From an uncultured Verrucomicrobiae bacterium (GTDB lineage: Bacteria; Verrucomicrobiota; Verrucomicrobiia; Chthoniobacterales; Chthoniobacteraceae): a DNA stretch of 64,000 bases. Under the pieces are notes generated by a model, which worked only from the letters and a program-made list of their open reading frames with translations, did not search any database and was not told where the DNA came from. The DNA lies in contig CAVYKI010000010.1 in assembly GCA_963769025.1 (NCBI GenBank), forward strand, positions 288,001 through 352,000, in the 5' to 3' direction. Shown here piece by piece: positions 61,404 to 64,000 of this stretch. The translations under genes were made by a program, and so were the position numbers. Positions within the stretch are counted from its first letter, which is position 1. Each line of letters starts with the position of its first letter.

Positions 61404-63326
61404 ATGACCACCACCAACATCCTGTCCACCATCAACTCCCCGGACGACGTCAAGGCAGTGCCCGAAAACCTGCTGCCGCAGCTCGCGCAGGAGGTGCGCG
61501 ACGAACTCATCCGCGTGATGTCCGACGACAACCCGAAATCCGTCGGCGGCCATCTCGGGCCGAACCTGGGGGTCGTCGAACTGACCATCGCGCTGCACCG
61601 CGTCTTCAGCACGCCGAAGGACAAGTTCGTCTTCGACGTTTCGCATCAGGGCTACGTGCACAAGATTTTCACCGGACGCCGCGAGCGTTTCGACACCATC
61701 CGGCAATACGAGGGGCTGAACGGCTTCCTCCTCCGCACTGAGAGCGAGCACGACTGCTACGGTGCCGGCCACGCGGGCACCGCGATCAGCGCGGCGCTCG
61801 GAATGGCGGTCGCACGCGACCTTCGCGGATCGAACGAGCATGTCGTCGCGGTCGCGGGCGACGCGGCGTTCACCTGCGGCGTGAGCTACGAGGGGCTGAA
61901 CAACGCGGCGGAGCAGACGAAGAAGTTCATCGTCATCCTGAACGACAACGAGTGGAGCATCGACCGCAACGTCGGGGCCATCGCGCGCTACTTCAATAAG
62001 ATCACCACGAGCGAAGCCTACTCCCACCTGCACGACCGCGCCGCAAAGCTCGTCGAGAAGCTCCTCGGCAAGCGCGTCAAGAACCTCGCCCGCCGCGTGG
62101 AGACCGGCGTGAAGGGCCTCATCGCGCACAGCGTGCTCTTTGAGGATCTCGGCTTCCGCTACTACGGCCCGATCGACGGCCACGACACGCAGACGCTCAT
62201 CCACACTCTCGAATTCCTGAAGACGCAGGAAGAGCCCGTGCTGCTGCACATCCTCACGCAAAAGGGCAAGGGCTACGAGCCTGCGCTCCAGCAGCCGATG
62301 AAATTCCACGGCCTCGGCCGCTACGAGCCGAAGACCGGCGCGACCAAGCCCGCGCCCACGCCGACCTACAGCGAACTGCTCGGCCAGACGCTCTCGAAAT
62401 TCGCCACGACGAACAACAAGCTGGTCGCCATCACCGGCGCGATGCCGAGCGGCACCGGGCTCATCGCTTTTGCGAAGGAACATCCCACGCGCTATTTCGA
62501 CACCGGCATCGCCGAGGAGCACGCCGCGCTCTTCGCCGCCGGCCTCGCGTGCGAGGGCTTCACGCCGTTCCTCGCGATCTACTCCACCTTCATGCAGCGC
62601 GCCTACGACATGATCGTGCATGACATTGCGCTGCAAAATCTCCCCGTCCGCATGTGCATGGATCGCGGCGGCCTCAGCGGCGACGACGGCCCGACGCACC
62701 ACGGCCTCTTCGACATCGGCTACCTCCGCCACATTCCGAACCTCATCCACATGCAGCCGAAGGATGAGGACGAATTCGTGGACATGCTCTGGACCATGGC
62801 GAACCACACCGAAGGCCCCACCGCCATCCGCTACCCGCGCGGCAGCGGCACCGGCGCGCAGCCCAAGGCGCAGCCGAAGCTCCTCGAAATCGGCAAGGCC
62901 GAAGTCGTGAAGCACGGCAGCACGCAGCCCGTCCGCGTCGCCATCCTCGGCCTCGGCGGAATGTGCCAGATGGCCGAGCAGGCTGCGGCGCAGCTCGAAG
63001 CCCAGGGCATTTCGACCGCCGTGATCAACCCGCGCTGGATCAAGCCGCTCGACACCGCGCTCATCGAATTCTTCGGCCGCAGCGTGGACGTCCTCTGCAC
63101 CATCGAGGACCACGTCCTGCACAACGGCTTCGGCTGCTCGGTCATCGAGCACCTTTCCACGCAGCGCATCACCACGCCCGTCGTCCGCATCGGCTGGCCC
63201 GACCAGTTCGTCGAGCACGGCTCACCGGACATCCTGCGGAAAAAACACGGCCTCACCGTGGAGAACACCGTCAAGACCATCCTCGCCGTGCTGCCTGCAA
63301 AGGCCGGGGCGAAGAGCGTCGCCTAA
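61404..63326 (+). CDS. dxs: 1-deoxy-D-xylulose-5-phosphate synthase
   Basis: GGHLGPNLG.VELT, DVSHQ.Y.HKI, GHAGT, GDAA, LNDN, GIAEEHA, AIYSTF.QR.YD, DGPTHHG, AIRYPRG. Confidence 0.96.
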   Translation: MTTTNILSTINSPDDVKAVPENLLPQLAQEVRDELIRVMSDDNPKSVGGHLGPNLGVVELTIALHRVFSTPKDKFVFDVSHQGYVHKIFTGRRERFDTIRQYEGLNGFLLRTESEHDCYGAGHAGTAISAALGMAVARDLRGSNEHVVAVAGDAAFTCGVSYEGLNNAAEQTKKFIVILNDNEWSIDRNVGAIARYFNKITTSEAYSHLHDRAAKLVEKLLGKRVKNLARRVETGVKGLIAHSVLFEDLGFRYYGPIDGHDTQTLIHTLEFLKTQEEPVLLHILTQKGKGYEPALQQPMKFHGLGRYEPKTGATKPAPTPTYSELLGQTLSKFATTNNKLVAITGAMPSGTGLIAFAKEHPTRYFDTGIAEEHAALFAAGLACEGFTPFLAIYSTFMQRAYDMIVHDIALQNLPVRMCMDRGGLSGDDGPTHHGLFDIGYLRHIPNLIHMQPKDEDEFVDMLWTMANHTEGPTAIRYPRGSGTGAQPKAQPKLLEIGKAEVVKHGSTQPVRVAILGLGGMCQMAEQAAAQLEAQGISTAVINPRWIKPLDTALIEFFGRSVDVLCTIEDHVLHNGFGCSVIEHLSTQRITTPVVRIGWPDQFVEHGSPDILRKKHGLTVENTVKTILAVLPAKAGAKSVA

Positions 63327-64000
63327 AGCGCGCCGAGCCAGCCGCGCAGCACGAGCCAGAGCTTCGTGAGTTTTCCGAGCGAGTAGCGGCGGTCGAAGAC
63401 GCGCCAGCGGTCGAGGCGCATCTTTTCCAACAGCCGCGAATAGACGGCGCGCATGATTTCCGCGGCGACGAGCGCCTTGCGGTCGGAGGCCGGGCGCGCG
63501 GCTTCGGCGGCGCGGTAGAATTCCTCGGCGCGCACGGATTCAAAATCCATCAGCGCGAGGAATGCCTCGTTGCGGTTGCCGGCCGCGAGATCCTCGCGCG
63601 TGACGCCGAAGCGCATCATGTCCTCCTGCGGGAGGTAAATGCGGCCCTCGTTTGCAAGGTCCTGGCCGACGTCGCGCAGGATGTTCGTGAGTTGGAAGGC
63701 GAGGCCGAGCTTCAGCGCGTATTCGCGCGCGCCGGGATCCTTCGCGCCGAAAATGCCGAGGCTCACGAGCCCGACCACGCTCGCGACACGGTGGCAGTAG
63801 AGTTCGAGTTGCTCCCACGTGAGGTAGCTCGCGCCGTCGAGGTCCATCTCCATCCCGGCGATGATTTCGAGGAAGTGATCCACGGAAAGCGAGCGACGCC
63901 CGATGAGCGCGCGCACCGGCGCGGCGAGCACACTTTCGCCCGGCGTCTCCGCGCACACGGCCTTCCGCCAAGTCGCGAGCGCGGCCTCCTTTTCCGCGCG
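63323..64000 (-). CDS. Phytoene/squalene synthase family protein (HpnD-like), 5'-partial
   Basis: GMEMD, YCHRVASVVG, LGLAFQLTNILRDV.QD...GRIYLP; continues past the window edge. Confidence 0.88.
   Translation of the reverse strand, partial: RAEKEAALATWRKAVCAETPGESVLAAPVRALIGRRSLSVDHFLEIIAGMEMDLDGASYLTWEQLELYCHRVASVVGLVSLGIFGAKDPGAREYALKLGLAFQLTNILRDVGQDLANEGRIYLPQEDMMRFGVTREDLAAGNRNEAFLALMDFESVRAEEFYRAAEAARPASDRKALVAAEIMRAVYSRLLEKMRLDRWRVFDRRYSLGKLTKLWLVLRGWLGAL

Overview
High-GC bacterial chromosome segment, most likely Verrucomicrobiota (inferred from PVC-type DUF1549/1553 and DUF1501 genes, sulfatases, and a dcw cluster with ftsZ, a LysM gene and an apparent murC-murB fusion). Layout: (1) 1-20.7 kb, PVC-type heme/DUF genes plus housekeeping and catabolic genes, with REP-like palindromes and an IS5 scar; (2) 20.8-40.3 kb, a complete division/cell-wall cluster (mraZ-rsmH-ftsL-ftsI-murE-murF-mraY-murD-LysM-ftsW-murG-murC/murB-ddl-ftsQ-ftsA-ftsZ) with MraZ boxes and two unexplained small ORFs; (3) 41.5-49.4 kb, an accessory/defence hotspot with three TA-like pairs, a Vsr carrying an in-frame insert, a truncated BsuBI/PstI-like REase, an IS3, a decayed HNH nuclease and a 24-unit 21-bp tandem array; (4) 49.5-64 kb, metabolic genes, CCA-adding enzyme, tRNA-Phe, a type III PKS, xseB-dxs and a phytoene/squalene synthase. 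Many genes, including essential ones, carry single-base frameshifts that most likely are long-read indel errors. No CRISPR array or intact novel multi-gene system is evident. The best leads are the graded 21-bp array, the dcw-embedded small ORFs, the degenerate FtsZ T7 loop and the Vsr insertion. All family calls come from motif recognition, not database searches.
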